A stretch of 64,000 nt of DNA from Candidatus Eiseniibacteriota bacterium (lineage in GTDB: Bacteria; Eisenbacteria; RBG-16-71-46). A program made the position numbers and the translations under genes. Below the pieces are notes generated by a model. The model was given only the letters and a program-made list of their open reading frames with translations, ran no database searches and had not been told where the DNA came from. This document shows, one piece after another, positions 44,791 through 55,059 of the stretch (position 1 is its first letter; every line of letters begins with the position of its first letter). The stretch is from assembly GCA_031364845.1 (NCBI GenBank), contig JANLWX010000007.1:32001-96000 (forward strand), written 5' to 3'.

Positions 44791-45806
44791 GCACGCCGCC
44801 ACGTTCACGCAGCCGCTCGGGCTTCGTATGGACGGTGCTCGCGATCGTGGGAGTCGCGGCGATCGCCGTCGTCGCCGTGCGGCGCGGCGGACTGCTCGAC
44901 CTTCCCAAAGTTCCCGACGGCGTGACCGCGGAGTCCGCGGGCCTCGCAAATCTCGATCAACTCCGGCAGCGGGCCGCGGAACTGGAAGCCGCGCAACGTG
45001 GCGACTCCGACGCAGCGCTGGTGGCGGCGAGCACCGGGCTCAAGGCGGTGGCCGATGGTGAGGTTGGCCCCGGGCTCGATTCACTACGCCACGCGCTGCG
45101 CCTCGCTCCCGACGACCTCGTGCTCGGCAATGCATATCGAATGGCAGTGCTGAAGCTGCGCCGCGCGGCGATGAAGGACGCAGCCGCACGCGCGGCGCTG
45201 GCCGGGCGTCTGCCGCCGGCGATCGAGCACGAGCCGATCGCATTTCTGGAGACGCTGCGGCGCGAGCATCCGAGCCGCGAGGTCACGCTGCAGCTCGCAC
45301 TCGCATGGGTCGACGAGTTGATGCTGTTCGGAGCGCTCGAGATCAAGGCACCGGCGAGTGTCGAGTCGGTGACGCTTTTGAGCGGCATCCTCGAGCAGGA
45401 GCCGTCGTACGTTCCCGCCCTGTTCGGGCGCGGGCTCAACTATCTGCACCGGCCTTCGCGGCTGGTGTGGCCGGAGTCAAAGAAGATGGCGCCCGACGCT
45501 GCGAGCCGCGACATCGGGATGTGCGTGGCGATCGGCCGCAAGATCGGCGGCGGTTCGCCGCAACTGGTCGGCACGCTCGCGCTCACACTCGGCGACGCCT
45601 ACGCCCGCGAAGGGCGCTTCGAGAACGCGCGCTCGTGGTGGCAGATCGCGCAGAACAGCGGAGGCGGAGCCGAACTCGGAGCCGCGGCGCGCCGGCGCTT
45701 CACGTGGGGCGATCGCGACGTGCCGGACCGCCTCGAGCAGGAGCTGGAGACGCGCATGTCGGACCTCGACCATCCGCTTTCGGATCTGGCGGTGATATGG
45801 CAGTGA
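44787..45806 (+). CDS. Membrane-anchored helical/TPR-like hypothetical protein
   Basis: ATGA overlap with E4; one N-terminal TM; ALFGRGLNYL, LGDAYAREGRFENARSWW. Confidence 0.7.
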   Translation: MSTPPRSRSRSGFVWTVLAIVGVAAIAVVAVRRGGLLDLPKVPDGVTAESAGLANLDQLRQRAAELEAAQRGDSDAALVAASTGLKAVADGEVGPGLDSLRHALRLAPDDLVLGNAYRMAVLKLRRAAMKDAAARAALAGRLPPAIEHEPIAFLETLRREHPSREVTLQLALAWVDELMLFGALEIKAPASVESVTLLSGILEQEPSYVPALFGRGLNYLHRPSRLVWPESKKMAPDAASRDIGMCVAIGRKIGGGSPQLVGTLALTLGDAYAREGRFENARSWWQIAQNSGGGAELGAAARRRFTWGDRDVPDRLEQELETRMSDLDHPLSDLAVIWQ

Positions 45807-46720
45807 GCGCGGCGACTTCCACGGCGGCGCCGGTGCGCGTCGTCATCCCGACGCTCAAGGATCCGCGCGTGATGATCGCGTTGGCACTCACGGTGTGGAC
45901 CACGTTCGGGCAGACGTTCCTCTATTTCGACCGCGATCTGAGCCAGATCGCCGTGGCATTGGTCGCCGGGTGCGTGCTCGACATGCTGTTCGCGTTCGTC
46001 CTGCTGCGCCAGGTTCTGGTTCCGATCAGCGCCTACATCACCGGACTCTCGATCGCGATCCTGCTCGAGAGCTACGACTGGCGTGTGTTCGCGATCGCCT
46101 CGGCGTGGGGGATCGCGTCCAAGTATCTGCTGCGCGCGGGCGACCGGCACTTCTTCAACCCGTCCAACTTCGGCATCGTCGCGGCATTGGTACTGATGCA
46201 GGGCGTCGCGACCGTGGCACCCGGATCGCAGTGGGGAGGGGATTACCGCGTCGCGTTCCTGATCCTCGCGCTCGGCATGATGATGATGCGCCGCTTGAAG
46301 CGGCTCGACCTCGCGTTCGCTTGGCTCGGCGGCTACGTGGTGATGAGTCTTCTGCGCGTGGCGCTCGGGCAGGGCGGGCTGATCTTCGCGCTCGGTCCTT
46401 TGACCGGTGCCGAGTTCGCGCTGTTCACGTTCTCGATGCTGCCCGATCCCAAGACCAGCCCGCCGACTTCGCGCGGGCGCATCGCGTGGGGCCTGACGAT
46501 CGCGGTGATCGACGGCGTCCTGCGCCTGCTCGAGGTGCGCTACTCGATGTTCTACGCGCTGTTCGCGATGTGCGCGTTGCTGCCGGCGTTCCACGCGGTG
46601 GCGGCGGCGCGCGGCGTGCGCGAATCCGATCCGTGGCGCACGGTGGTCGCGGTGTGGGGGCGCCCGCGCGGTGGACCTGCGGCGGACACTGCTCGACGCG
46701 ACGTGCGCCGGCCCGACTAG
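45797..46720 (+). CDS. Enediyne cassette E5/UnbU (RnfD/NqrB-like membrane protein)
   Basis: SKYLLR..DRHFFNPSNFGI, FTFSMLPDPKTSP. Confidence 0.85.
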   Translation: MAVSAATSTAAPVRVVIPTLKDPRVMIALALTVWTTFGQTFLYFDRDLSQIAVALVAGCVLDMLFAFVLLRQVLVPISAYITGLSIAILLESYDWRVFAIASAWGIASKYLLRAGDRHFFNPSNFGIVAALVLMQGVATVAPGSQWGGDYRVAFLILALGMMMMRRLKRLDLAFAWLGGYVVMSLLRVALGQGGLIFALGPLTGAEFALFTFSMLPDPKTSPPTSRGRIAWGLTIAVIDGVLRLLEVRYSMFYALFAMCALLPAFHAVAAARGVRESDPWRTVVAVWGRPRGGPAADTARRDVRRPD

Positions 46721-48795
46721 AGCACCACCACCCGCCGGCTCACGATCGTTCCGCCCTGGCGCGCCACCAAGAAGTAGACGCCTCCGCCGAGACCACGACC
46801 GTCCAGTCGCACCTCGACACTACCGTGGGCCGCGGGACTGTTCCACAACCGGCGCACCCTGCGTCCGGCGACGTCCATGAGTTCGAGTGAGGCGGGGCCG
46901 CGGCCGGGCCACACAGCCGCGACCATCGCGAAGTCGCGCACCGGGTGCCGCGAGAGTTGAATCCGAGGTCCGAACCCGATCGAGCCCGGATCCACCGCCG
47001 CGGTTTCGAGAGGCTCGATCACCACGCGCGTTCCGGTGCGATGGATGCGCGCCGCGGGCACGGTGAGCAGGCCGAGCGAATCGGGGGCCAGCACTCCCGC
47101 CTGGATGATGGCACCGTCGCTCGCGAGCTCGACGCGATACGCATAGACGCTGCCCGGCGTCACGATGAAGCGCTGCAGACGGCGTGGAGTGATGTCGGCC
47201 GTGCAGGACTCCGGCGCGGCAAACGTATTCCAGCGCGTGGCGAGACTGCGCAGCGAGAGCGTGACCTGCCATTTCGTGGGCTGGTCCACGATCGTCGTGT
47301 CCCACTCGACGAATCCGTTGATCGTCCCGACGCTGTCTCCCGAGGCCGGGTCCCCGTCGCCGGGATCGTGGTCGGCACTGCAGCGCGAGAGTGCGGGGAA
47401 GCTTCGGTCGCGGCGGAAGCGGTAGAGGTAGCGCGCGTCCTCCATCGGACTCCAGGCACCTGGAGCGCCGCCGTGCGGCCGGTTGTCCCAGAAGAAGTAG
47501 CCGCCCTGCCGGTGCGTCTGCATTGCGGCGAACCACGGCGGCTTTTCGTTCCACCCGACGACGATGTCCTGGCGGCCGCTGAACATCACCATCGGTGCCA
47601 CGCCGCGCGCCGCATTGAGTGCCGCGAGATGGCGCGCATTCAAGCGATCGTAGACGGGCATTCCTTCGTCGGTCGGAAGGTTGGTGGCCGCGACATCGCC
47701 CCACATGCGGTTGAACGCTGCGCGCGGAAACCCGGACGGATCGGGCACGAACGACAGGTCGGCCCGGGGCACGGTGCCCCACACCGCGGCGACGCGCTCG
47801 GGGTCGTGTGCTGCGAGGAACACACCGAAGGACGCGCCCATCGATCCGCCCGACGTGTAGATCCGCTGCGCATCCACGGGCAGGTTGGCGAGCGCCCAGT
47901 CGAGCGTGAACAGCACGCGGGCGTGGGTGACGCCGCGCACGATTCCGGTGGTGGGCGGAAGGTTGATCGCGAGCACGTCGTAATCCTCGTGGTAGCCGTA
48001 GAACGAGGTCGCGACGTCGCCGTTCGAGACGTAGTCGTCGACGGCGCCGCGCCATTCGCCGGCTTGCCCGGTCGAGCCGAGGCCGTTGAGGAAGTTACCG
48101 CCGCGGCCGTGGCCACGGAACAGAAGTCCGTTGGCGGGGGCCGCTCCGCCGCGCACCACGGCATGATCGTACGGCCAGCTCGCGCGGTTCGACATCGCGG
48201 GGAAGAGCGCCGTGGCGACGTCAGTGGTCCACAGCGTGTAGACCTCGAATGTGAACGGTGGCTGGATCAGCGTGCGCTGATAGACCGGGCGTGGTCGAGC
48301 CATCGTTTCGGGCACCGGGATCGCCAGCGCGTTCGTGCCTGGCAGGAGCGAGGTGTCTTCGCTGCCCGCGCCGAGTTGCGCGGTGACCGCGTAATAGCGT
48401 GTGCCGGTGGCAAGGGGAGTGGCGACGAACAGACCGCGCACCGGCGTGAGCGGGGCGGCCGCCGAGTCGATGGAGAACGCGGAGACCACGTTGCGCAATC
48501 CCGACAGCCGCCGGTCGCACCATGTTGAATCGCCGACCGCACCGAGCAACGTGGCCCCCGCGAGGTCCCCGGCGTCATCGAGCGGCAGGTTCGACGCGTA
48601 GGCGCGGTAGGTCCAGCCGACGCCGGCCGGCGAGGTCCACGTCAGGAAGGTCTGGCCGTGGCGATGGGCGGCCGCGAGGCTCGACACCCGAGTGGCGTGG
48701 CCTGGAGTCGCGAGGATAGCGGTCGTTGCCAGGGTGATCGCGGCGATCGCGGCGCGCGATGTGGCGAGGCGGGTGCGCCGGGCAGCGGCTTCCAT
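46717..48795 (-). CDS. Secreted alpha/beta-hydrolase-like protein with FlgD-like C-terminal domain
   Basis: HRHGQTFLTW; VDAQRIYTSGGSMG nucleophile elbow; GRQD; C-terminal DVAGRRV...GVYFL. Confidence 0.75.
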   Translation of the reverse strand: MEAAARRTRLATSRAAIAAITLATTAILATPGHATRVSSLAAAHRHGQTFLTWTSPAGVGWTYRAYASNLPLDDAGDLAGATLLGAVGDSTWCDRRLSGLRNVVSAFSIDSAAAPLTPVRGLFVATPLATGTRYYAVTAQLGAGSEDTSLLPGTNALAIPVPETMARPRPVYQRTLIQPPFTFEVYTLWTTDVATALFPAMSNRASWPYDHAVVRGGAAPANGLLFRGHGRGGNFLNGLGSTGQAGEWRGAVDDYVSNGDVATSFYGYHEDYDVLAINLPPTTGIVRGVTHARVLFTLDWALANLPVDAQRIYTSGGSMGASFGVFLAAHDPERVAAVWGTVPRADLSFVPDPSGFPRAAFNRMWGDVAATNLPTDEGMPVYDRLNARHLAALNAARGVAPMVMFSGRQDIVVGWNEKPPWFAAMQTHRQGGYFFWDNRPHGGAPGAWSPMEDARYLYRFRRDRSFPALSRCSADHDPGDGDPASGDSVGTINGFVEWDTTIVDQPTKWQVTLSLRSLATRWNTFAAPESCTADITPRRLQRFIVTPGSVYAYRVELASDGAIIQAGVLAPDSLGLLTVPAARIHRTGTRVVIEPLETAAVDPGSIGFGPRIQLSRHPVRDFAMVAAVWPGRGPASLELMDVAGRRVRRLWNSPAAHGSVEVRLDGRGLGGGVYFLVARQGGTIVSRRVVVL

Positions 48796-49031
48796 GAGAC
48801 CTCCATCGCGCGGTGGATGTTGCCGGACCGTCTCGATCATCGCAGGGCCGGCACACCCCGGGCAACGGAAAGCTGGGGAGTTCTCGCCCCGCGCGCCCCG
48901 GCGCTGATACACTTGCGGCTGGCGGATGCGCATCCCAATCGGACACCTGAGGGTACGCGTCCGCCCCCGATCGTGTCGGCGCCTCCCGCATCCCGGCCCC
49001 GCACCCACTTCAAGGATGTTGGAGGCCATCG

Positions 49032-51785
49032 ATGTCATTTCGCACGCCCGCGCGCCGTGAAGCGTTTCGCATCGTCCGTTTCCTGTTCGCGCTGATCGCC
49101 GCGCTGTCTTTCAGCGCGCATCTGGCGGCCGCGGAGCCGTACCTGTTTCCGAAGACTCCGGACGGCGGACCCGAGATTCGCGATGCCCTGGATGTCGCGC
49201 CCTATCTCGCGTCATGGAAGGCGGCGGGTCTCTCGCGCAGCCGCTCGCTCGCGACTCCGGCGACCGCGAATCAGGAGGCTTACGATGTCCGCTACTACGA
49301 TCTCGACCTGGTGATGACACCCGCAGGGCCTCAGGTTGCGGGCACGGTGCGTATGAAGGCGACGGTGGTGAGCGGTCCGCTCACGAGCGCGGACCTCGAT
49401 CTGGCGCAGAATATGGTTGTGGACGCCGCAACTTCCAATGGTGCTGCGACGACATCCTCACGTCCGCCCGACCTGGTGACCGTGGATCTCGACCGCCCCT
49501 ACCTCACCGGCGAGACGTTCGACATCACGGTGACCTATCACGGCAACCCCGTGAGTGGCTCGTTCGGCATTCAGACGGTCAACGGCCGCACACTCATCTG
49601 GAGTCTCTCGGAACCGTTCGGCGCGCGCGACTGGTGGCCGTGCAAGGACGCGTCCGAGGACAAGGCGGACTCGCTCGACGCGCGGTTCACCGTTCCGACC
49701 GGGCTCATCACCGCATCGAACGGAGCGCGGATCTCGGCCACCGACAACGGCACGATTGCGGTTTCGCGCTGGCGCGAGCGCTATCCGATCGCCACGTACC
49801 TCGTTTCGATCGCGAGCTATCCCTACACGACCTCGACCGACTGGTACCGGCCGACGCCGGCCGACTCGATGCCGATTCAGTTCTTCAACTTCCCCGAGTC
49901 GGTGGGAGCCGCGGCCTCATCGCAGGCCAAGGTCAAGAACATGATCGCGGCGTTTGCGGCGCGCTTCGGTGAATACCCGTTCCTCGCCGAGAAATACGGA
50001 CACGCGGAGTTCACGTTCGGCGGCGGCATGGAGCATCAGACCTACACCAGCCTCGGCACCTACAACGAATCGGTGGTCGCTCACGAACTGGGTCATCAAT
50101 GGTTCGGCGACCGTGTGACGTGCCGCGACTTCCATCACATCTGGCTCAACGAAGGGTTCGCGACGTACACCGAGGCGCTGTGGTCGGAGGCCAACGGGGG
50201 AACGGCGGCCTACTTCGCCGACATCAACATCAACAAGTTCTATGGAGCCGGCACGATCTACGTGCCCGATCTCTTCGATGTGGACCGGATCTTCGATTCG
50301 AATCTCAGCTACAACAAGGGTTCGTGGGTGCTCCACATGCTGCGGCATGTCCTGGGCGATGCGACGTTCTTCGCGGCACTCCAGCAGTACGCGATCCAGT
50401 ACGGGTACTCGACCGCAGTGACCGAAGACTTCCGCGACGTGTGCGAAGCCGTCTCGGGCCGCGATCTCGACGCGTTCTTCCAGCAATGGATCTACGGCGA
50501 GTACTACCCCGCCTACCGCTCCGCGTGGACCTCGGTCGCGGCCGGCGGCGGCTTTGACGTCACGCTCACGCTCGACCAGACCCAGACATGGGGTCTGTTC
50601 ACGATGCCGGTCGACGTGAAGATCACCACGTCCACGGGCGCGGTCACGTTCGTGGTGCCCGACTCGCTGGCATCGCAGACTTTCACGCTGCACGTCGCCG
50701 ATCCGCCGAGCGACGTCGCGATCGATCCGGACGGCTGGATCTTGAAGACCGTGCAATCACCGGTCGTCAATCCGACGTTCACGAAGTCGATCCTGCTCGT
50801 GAACGGCGTCGACTGGGACACCTACGGCACCGAGATCCGCAGTTCGTACACGAGCAAGGCGTTCTGGGGGAACTACACGATCGACTTCTGGGATCACTTC
50901 CAGGAACCCGCGATCGGCTATCCCACGACGCTGCCCGATCCGATCGGCCATGGCCCGGTTCCGCCTTCGGTGCTTGGCAACTATCGGTGCGTGATCTGGG
51001 CCGGCAACAACTTCAACGGCGATCTCGCGTCCTGGTACGACACCCCGATCCTGTCGTACCTCCAGCACGGTGGAAACGTGCTGCTGATGTCACGCATGGG
51101 CGATCAGTTCCTCGGCGATTCGCTGCGCAACTACCTCGGCATCAACTTCGTTCCGGGTTCGCAGCTGTTCGATTGCATCGCCACGCGTCCGGGGCTCACG
51201 AACCTCACGCTGAACGGCACCCAGAGCTTCAACGCCTTGTTCGACACCGTGCGCACCCGCAGCGACACGCAGCTCCTCTACACCGCCAACGCGAACTACA
51301 CGCCCGATCGCGGTATCGGCGTGGTGCGCGAACCGGTCGGAGGCGCGGGCCGGCGCCCCAAGGGCGGCCGCATGATCTTCCTGTCCGGCCGGCCGTATCG
51401 CTGGGCGAACACCGCGCTGCGCAACAACGTCACCACGATGATCGGGAAATACTTCTCGGAGCCGATCGGCGGGGTCGCGGTGGAAGACGAAGCACCGCGC
51501 GCCTTCGGCTCGGTCGAACTCTCGGCGGCCGTGCCCAATCCGTTCGGCGCTTCGACGACACTGCGTCTCGCGCTGCCGCGCGCGGGAACCGCGCGACTCG
51601 AAGTGTTCGACACCGGCGGGCGCCGCGTGCGGAGCCTGTTCGCCGGCCGGCTCGCTGCGGGCGCTCACGAGTTCACGTGGGACGGCCGGGATGATCTCGG
51701 GCATCCGAGCGGTGTGGGGATCTACTGGGCGCTCGTGAACTCGGAACAGGGGACGGCGGCGCGGAAGCTGATCCGGATTCGGTGA
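49032..51785 (+). CDS. Secreted M1 family aminopeptidase with FlgD-like C-terminal domain
   Basis: GGMEH, HELGHQW-x-WLNEGFATY, YNKG; PNPF...WDGRDD. Confidence 0.93.
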   Translation: MSFRTPARREAFRIVRFLFALIAALSFSAHLAAAEPYLFPKTPDGGPEIRDALDVAPYLASWKAAGLSRSRSLATPATANQEAYDVRYYDLDLVMTPAGPQVAGTVRMKATVVSGPLTSADLDLAQNMVVDAATSNGAATTSSRPPDLVTVDLDRPYLTGETFDITVTYHGNPVSGSFGIQTVNGRTLIWSLSEPFGARDWWPCKDASEDKADSLDARFTVPTGLITASNGARISATDNGTIAVSRWRERYPIATYLVSIASYPYTTSTDWYRPTPADSMPIQFFNFPESVGAAASSQAKVKNMIAAFAARFGEYPFLAEKYGHAEFTFGGGMEHQTYTSLGTYNESVVAHELGHQWFGDRVTCRDFHHIWLNEGFATYTEALWSEANGGTAAYFADININKFYGAGTIYVPDLFDVDRIFDSNLSYNKGSWVLHMLRHVLGDATFFAALQQYAIQYGYSTAVTEDFRDVCEAVSGRDLDAFFQQWIYGEYYPAYRSAWTSVAAGGGFDVTLTLDQTQTWGLFTMPVDVKITTSTGAVTFVVPDSLASQTFTLHVADPPSDVAIDPDGWILKTVQSPVVNPTFTKSILLVNGVDWDTYGTEIRSSYTSKAFWGNYTIDFWDHFQEPAIGYPTTLPDPIGHGPVPPSVLGNYRCVIWAGNNFNGDLASWYDTPILSYLQHGGNVLLMSRMGDQFLGDSLRNYLGINFVPGSQLFDCIATRPGLTNLTLNGTQSFNALFDTVRTRSDTQLLYTANANYTPDRGIGVVREPVGGAGRRPKGGRMIFLSGRPYRWANTALRNNVTTMIGKYFSEPIGGVAVEDEAPRAFGSVELSAAVPNPFGASTTLRLALPRAGTARLEVFDTGGRRVRSLFAGRLAAGAHEFTWDGRDDLGHPSGVGIYWALVNSEQGTAARKLIRIR

Positions 51786-51835
51786 ACAGGGTGCCGCGAA
51801 TGTCGGATTTTGCTCCAACAGGCAGGAACGTGGTT

Positions 51836-51922
51836 CACATTCTTCAACTTGCCTCCGAGAATGGCGAGCGCGAGCTCCACCGGATTGTTGTAGCCGTGCC
51901 CGCGGAACACGAATCGCGGCAT
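51836..51922 (-). pseudogene. Truncated HxlR-family regulator remnant
   Basis: GAGGAGG RBS, then MPRFVFRGHGYNNPVELALAILGGKLK; similarity ends there. Confidence 0.55.
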
Positions 51923-52099
51923 TGCGAACCCCTCCTCAACTCACCCGGGGGTGAGTCTCTAACAAAATAGTGCGTTCTTGATGAATGCTCCGAGGATCGC
52001 GACAGTGCTCCGGATGAATACATCGTGTGAGCAGGCCATCGCCCACGACGATGGAAGGCCATCGTACTGCAGCCACGTCCCGCCTCCTCGGAGAAGATC

Positions 52100-52837
52100 A
52101 TGTCCGCGAATATCCAGCCCTACGGCCGCGCGAAGAAGATTCTGTGCGTGGTTGCCAACCCATCCATCTCGACCACCCTCGGCTGGCCCGTAGGCTTCTG
52201 GGCCTCTGAACTGACCCACGCTTGGTACGAGTTCACCGAGGCCCGGTACGAAGTGACCATCGCGAGCCCCACGGGCGGCAAGGTCGAAATCGATGCGCTC
52301 AGCGATCCCTCCGATCCGAGCGGTTACTCCGCCCACGACCTGTTGAGCTTGGGCTTCCTTGCCAGTCCGAGCCACGCGGCCCTGCTCGCGGACACGCCGG
52401 CGATTGGCGCCCTGGACGCCGCAGGGTTCGACGCGCTGTATATCGCCGGAGGCCAGTCGCCGATGTTCACGTTTCGCGGCGACGCGGCGCTTCAGAAACT
52501 GATCCAGACGTTCTACGAAGAGGGCAAGGTGACGGCGGTGGTGTGCCACGGCACCGCGGCGTTGCTTGATGTGAGGCTGTCCGACGGCTCGTTGTTGATC
52601 GCGGGCCGGCACATGACGGGTTTCGCGAACAGCGAGGAGAACTTCGCCGATCAGGCCGTCGGACGCACGGTGATGCCGTATCGCATCGAAGACGAAGCAA
52701 GACGAGCGGGCGCCAACTTCGTCACCGCACCCGCCTTCCGTCCGCACGCGGTGCGCGACGGCCACCTGATCACCGGCCAGCAGCAGTATTCGGGACGCGC
52801 GGCAGCCGAACTCGTGCTGCAGGCGCTGGGGAGATGA
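52100..52837 (+). CDS. DJ-1/PfpI (type 1 GATase-like) protein
   Basis: GFWASELTH, IAGGQSPM, VCHG, TGQQ. Confidence 0.92.
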   Translation: MSANIQPYGRAKKILCVVANPSISTTLGWPVGFWASELTHAWYEFTEARYEVTIASPTGGKVEIDALSDPSDPSGYSAHDLLSLGFLASPSHAALLADTPAIGALDAAGFDALYIAGGQSPMFTFRGDAALQKLIQTFYEEGKVTAVVCHGTAALLDVRLSDGSLLIAGRHMTGFANSEENFADQAVGRTVMPYRIEDEARRAGANFVTAPAFRPHAVRDGHLITGQQQYSGRAAAELVLQALGR

Positions 52838-53505
52838 GCATGCGGATCGCGATCATCGGCGCGGGCAATGTGGGTTCGGCGCTGGGCGCTCGTCTGGCGC
52901 CTCTGGGAGAAGAAGTGCGTTTCGGTGTGAGAGCGGGCTCGGACGCCTCGGGCGCGATCGCGCGCTCGGGGGGAAAGGCGATCGCGCTCGGCGTGCGTGA
53001 AGCCGCCGCGGGCGCCGAAGTCGTGTTCCTCACCGTTCCCGCAGCGGTGGCGATCGATGCCGCGCGCGAAGCGACGCCGGCGAGAGGTGCCGTTCTGATC
53101 GATTGCACCAATCCGGTGGAGTGGAAGGATGGGCCGGTGGCCGCACCGCCGCCCGAAGGCTCGGTCGCTGCGGCGCTCGCTGCGGCACTTCCCGGTGTCC
53201 ACGTGGTGAAGGCCTTCAACATGTTCGGCGCCGAGATCCACGCCGATCCCGTGCTCGCGGGTCGCGCGGCACAGGTGCCGATGGCAGGCGACGACGACGC
53301 CGCGAAGGCGCAGGTCATGGCACTCGCGCGGCGGATGGGATTCGAGCCGATCGATGCCGGTCCGTTACGCAACGCGGCGCTCCTCGAAGCGATGGCGGTA
53401 TTGTGGATTCATCTCGCCCTCAAGGGCGGTCTTGGACGCGAATGGGCGTTCCAGGCGACGGGACGGAAGGCGGATCGTTTGTTTGCAGGCGCAGGGAAGG
53501 CTTGA
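52834..53505 (+). CDS. F420/NADP oxidoreductase family protein
   Basis: IIGAGNVG, IDCTNP, VVKAFN, DAGPL. Confidence 0.9.
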   Translation: MSMRIAIIGAGNVGSALGARLAPLGEEVRFGVRAGSDASGAIARSGGKAIALGVREAAAGAEVVFLTVPAAVAIDAAREATPARGAVLIDCTNPVEWKDGPVAAPPPEGSVAAALAAALPGVHVVKAFNMFGAEIHADPVLAGRAAQVPMAGDDDAAKAQVMALARRMGFEPIDAGPLRNAALLEAMAVLWIHLALKGGLGREWAFQATGRKADRLFAGAGKA

Positions 53506-53512
53506 TTCCGCC

Positions 53513-54838
53513 TCACCTGGCGCGCGCAGCCTTCGCCAGGACCTCTGCGCTTGACCGCCGTACGCGCGGGAGTTCTGGATTGGCGTGATCGACCGCGTAG
53601 AGGCCGAAGCGCCCGTGCCAGCCCTCGGCCCACTCGAAGTTGTCGAGCAGTGACCAGTGCAAGTAGCCGCGAACGTTGGCGCCGCGCGCGATCGCGCGCG
53701 CGAGCGTGTCGAGCGACGCCGCAAGCACCGCGGGCCGCAGCGCGTCGGTGGCATCGGCGACACCGTGCTCGGTGATGAGCACCGGGATGTCGTGCTGCGC
53801 GTCCGGTGCCCGCGCCTTGGCGACGGCGCGCGCGACGCGGTCCGCGCGCTCAACCGCGGCCGCGAGCCCTTCCGCCCACATCTCCCATCCGAGATCGTTC
53901 ACCTGGGAGCCGCGCCGCGCGACGTGCGGCACCGGGCCGGTCGCGCGCACCATCCAGCGCGTGTAGTAGTTGAGCCCGTAGTAGTCCATCGCGCCGTGGA
54001 GCTCGGGCACGCGCCGGCGCACGCCTCGCGCTCCCGGAATCGAGAGCGCGATCTCACCGGTCACCGCGGCCACGTGCACGGCTTCGTTGAACACGCGGTC
54101 CTCGAAATGCGCGCGCAGCGCGTCGAGCGGCATCCACCAGCGATCGGCTTCGAGCTGCACCAGATGCTTCGCGAATCCCACGATCGCCGCGCGGCCGTCG
54201 CCGTCGGCGTCGATGCGGTCCTCCTCGTGCAGGATGCGGTAGGCGCGGCCATGCGCTTCGAGCATGTTCGCGATCACGCACAGCGCGGCACTGTCGTCGC
54301 GCTTGCGCGGCGGCCACAGCCCTTCCGAGTACGCGCGAAACGCATAGACCTCGGGCTCGTTGACCGTGCACCACCAATCGACTTCGCCGCCGTACTCGCG
54401 CGCGCAGAAACGCGCGAAATCGCAGAACGCGTCGATCGTCGTGCGCGCCTCCCAGCCGCCGTGATCCGCGATCCACAGCGGATTGGTGAAGTGGTGCAGC
54501 GTGACGATCGGTGTGAGGTGGTGCCGCGCGAGCGAGGCGAACACGTCGTGGTAGTGCGCGACGGCGGCGTCGTCGATGCGGCCGTGCTCGGGCTCGATGC
54601 GGCTCCATTCGATCGACAGCCGGTGCGCGTTGTGGCCGTCGGCCTCGGCGAGCGCGAAGTCGGAGTCGAAGCGCTCGTAGTGGCGGCACGCATCGCCGCT
54701 CTGGCAGGCGCCTCGGATGGCGCCGGGCAGTTGTTCGAAGCGCCACCAGTCGTTCAGGCGATTGCCGCCTTCGACCTGGTGTGCCGAGGTGCCGGCGCCC
54801 CACATGAATCCCCTGGGGAATCGCGGCGTGTCGTTCAT
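53513..54838 (-). CDS. Glycoside hydrolase family 1 (beta-glucosidase-like)
   Basis: SAHQVEG, TLHHF, TVNEP, ITEHG, WSLLDNFEW. Confidence 0.93.
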   Translation of the reverse strand: MNDTPRFPRGFMWGAGTSAHQVEGGNRLNDWWRFEQLPGAIRGACQSGDACRHYERFDSDFALAEADGHNAHRLSIEWSRIEPEHGRIDDAAVAHYHDVFASLARHHLTPIVTLHHFTNPLWIADHGGWEARTTIDAFCDFARFCAREYGGEVDWWCTVNEPEVYAFRAYSEGLWPPRKRDDSAALCVIANMLEAHGRAYRILHEEDRIDADGDGRAAIVGFAKHLVQLEADRWWMPLDALRAHFEDRVFNEAVHVAAVTGEIALSIPGARGVRRRVPELHGAMDYYGLNYYTRWMVRATGPVPHVARRGSQVNDLGWEMWAEGLAAAVERADRVARAVAKARAPDAQHDIPVLITEHGVADATDALRPAVLAASLDTLARAIARGANVRGYLHWSLLDNFEWAEGWHGRFGLYAVDHANPELPRVRRSSAEVLAKAARAR

Positions 54839-55059
54839 GCGGGGGTTATCGGCCCGGGCGCATGAACACTTTGCGCCCCGCGCGGCTGCGCGATCCGATC
54901 CACTGCGCGTCGCCAGGTGCGCGCAGCGCCATCACGGGTTTCCCCATCCCGCAGACCCCGGCATATGCTGCGGGCTTCCAGAACCCTCATGAATGGAATT
55001 GTCGTACCCAGCATGGGCGGCAGAATAGCCCACGGCGGAGGCGTGTCGAGAGTGTTCAG

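Noticed and set aside
46717..48795. Secreted hydrolase as part of the enediyne cluster
   Set aside because: Convergent orientation and generic sorting-domain cargo; adjacency is the only link
53513..54838. GH1 ITEHG instead of ITENG as a sign of inactivity
   Set aside because: Both catalytic glutamates (NEP and TEHG) are retained
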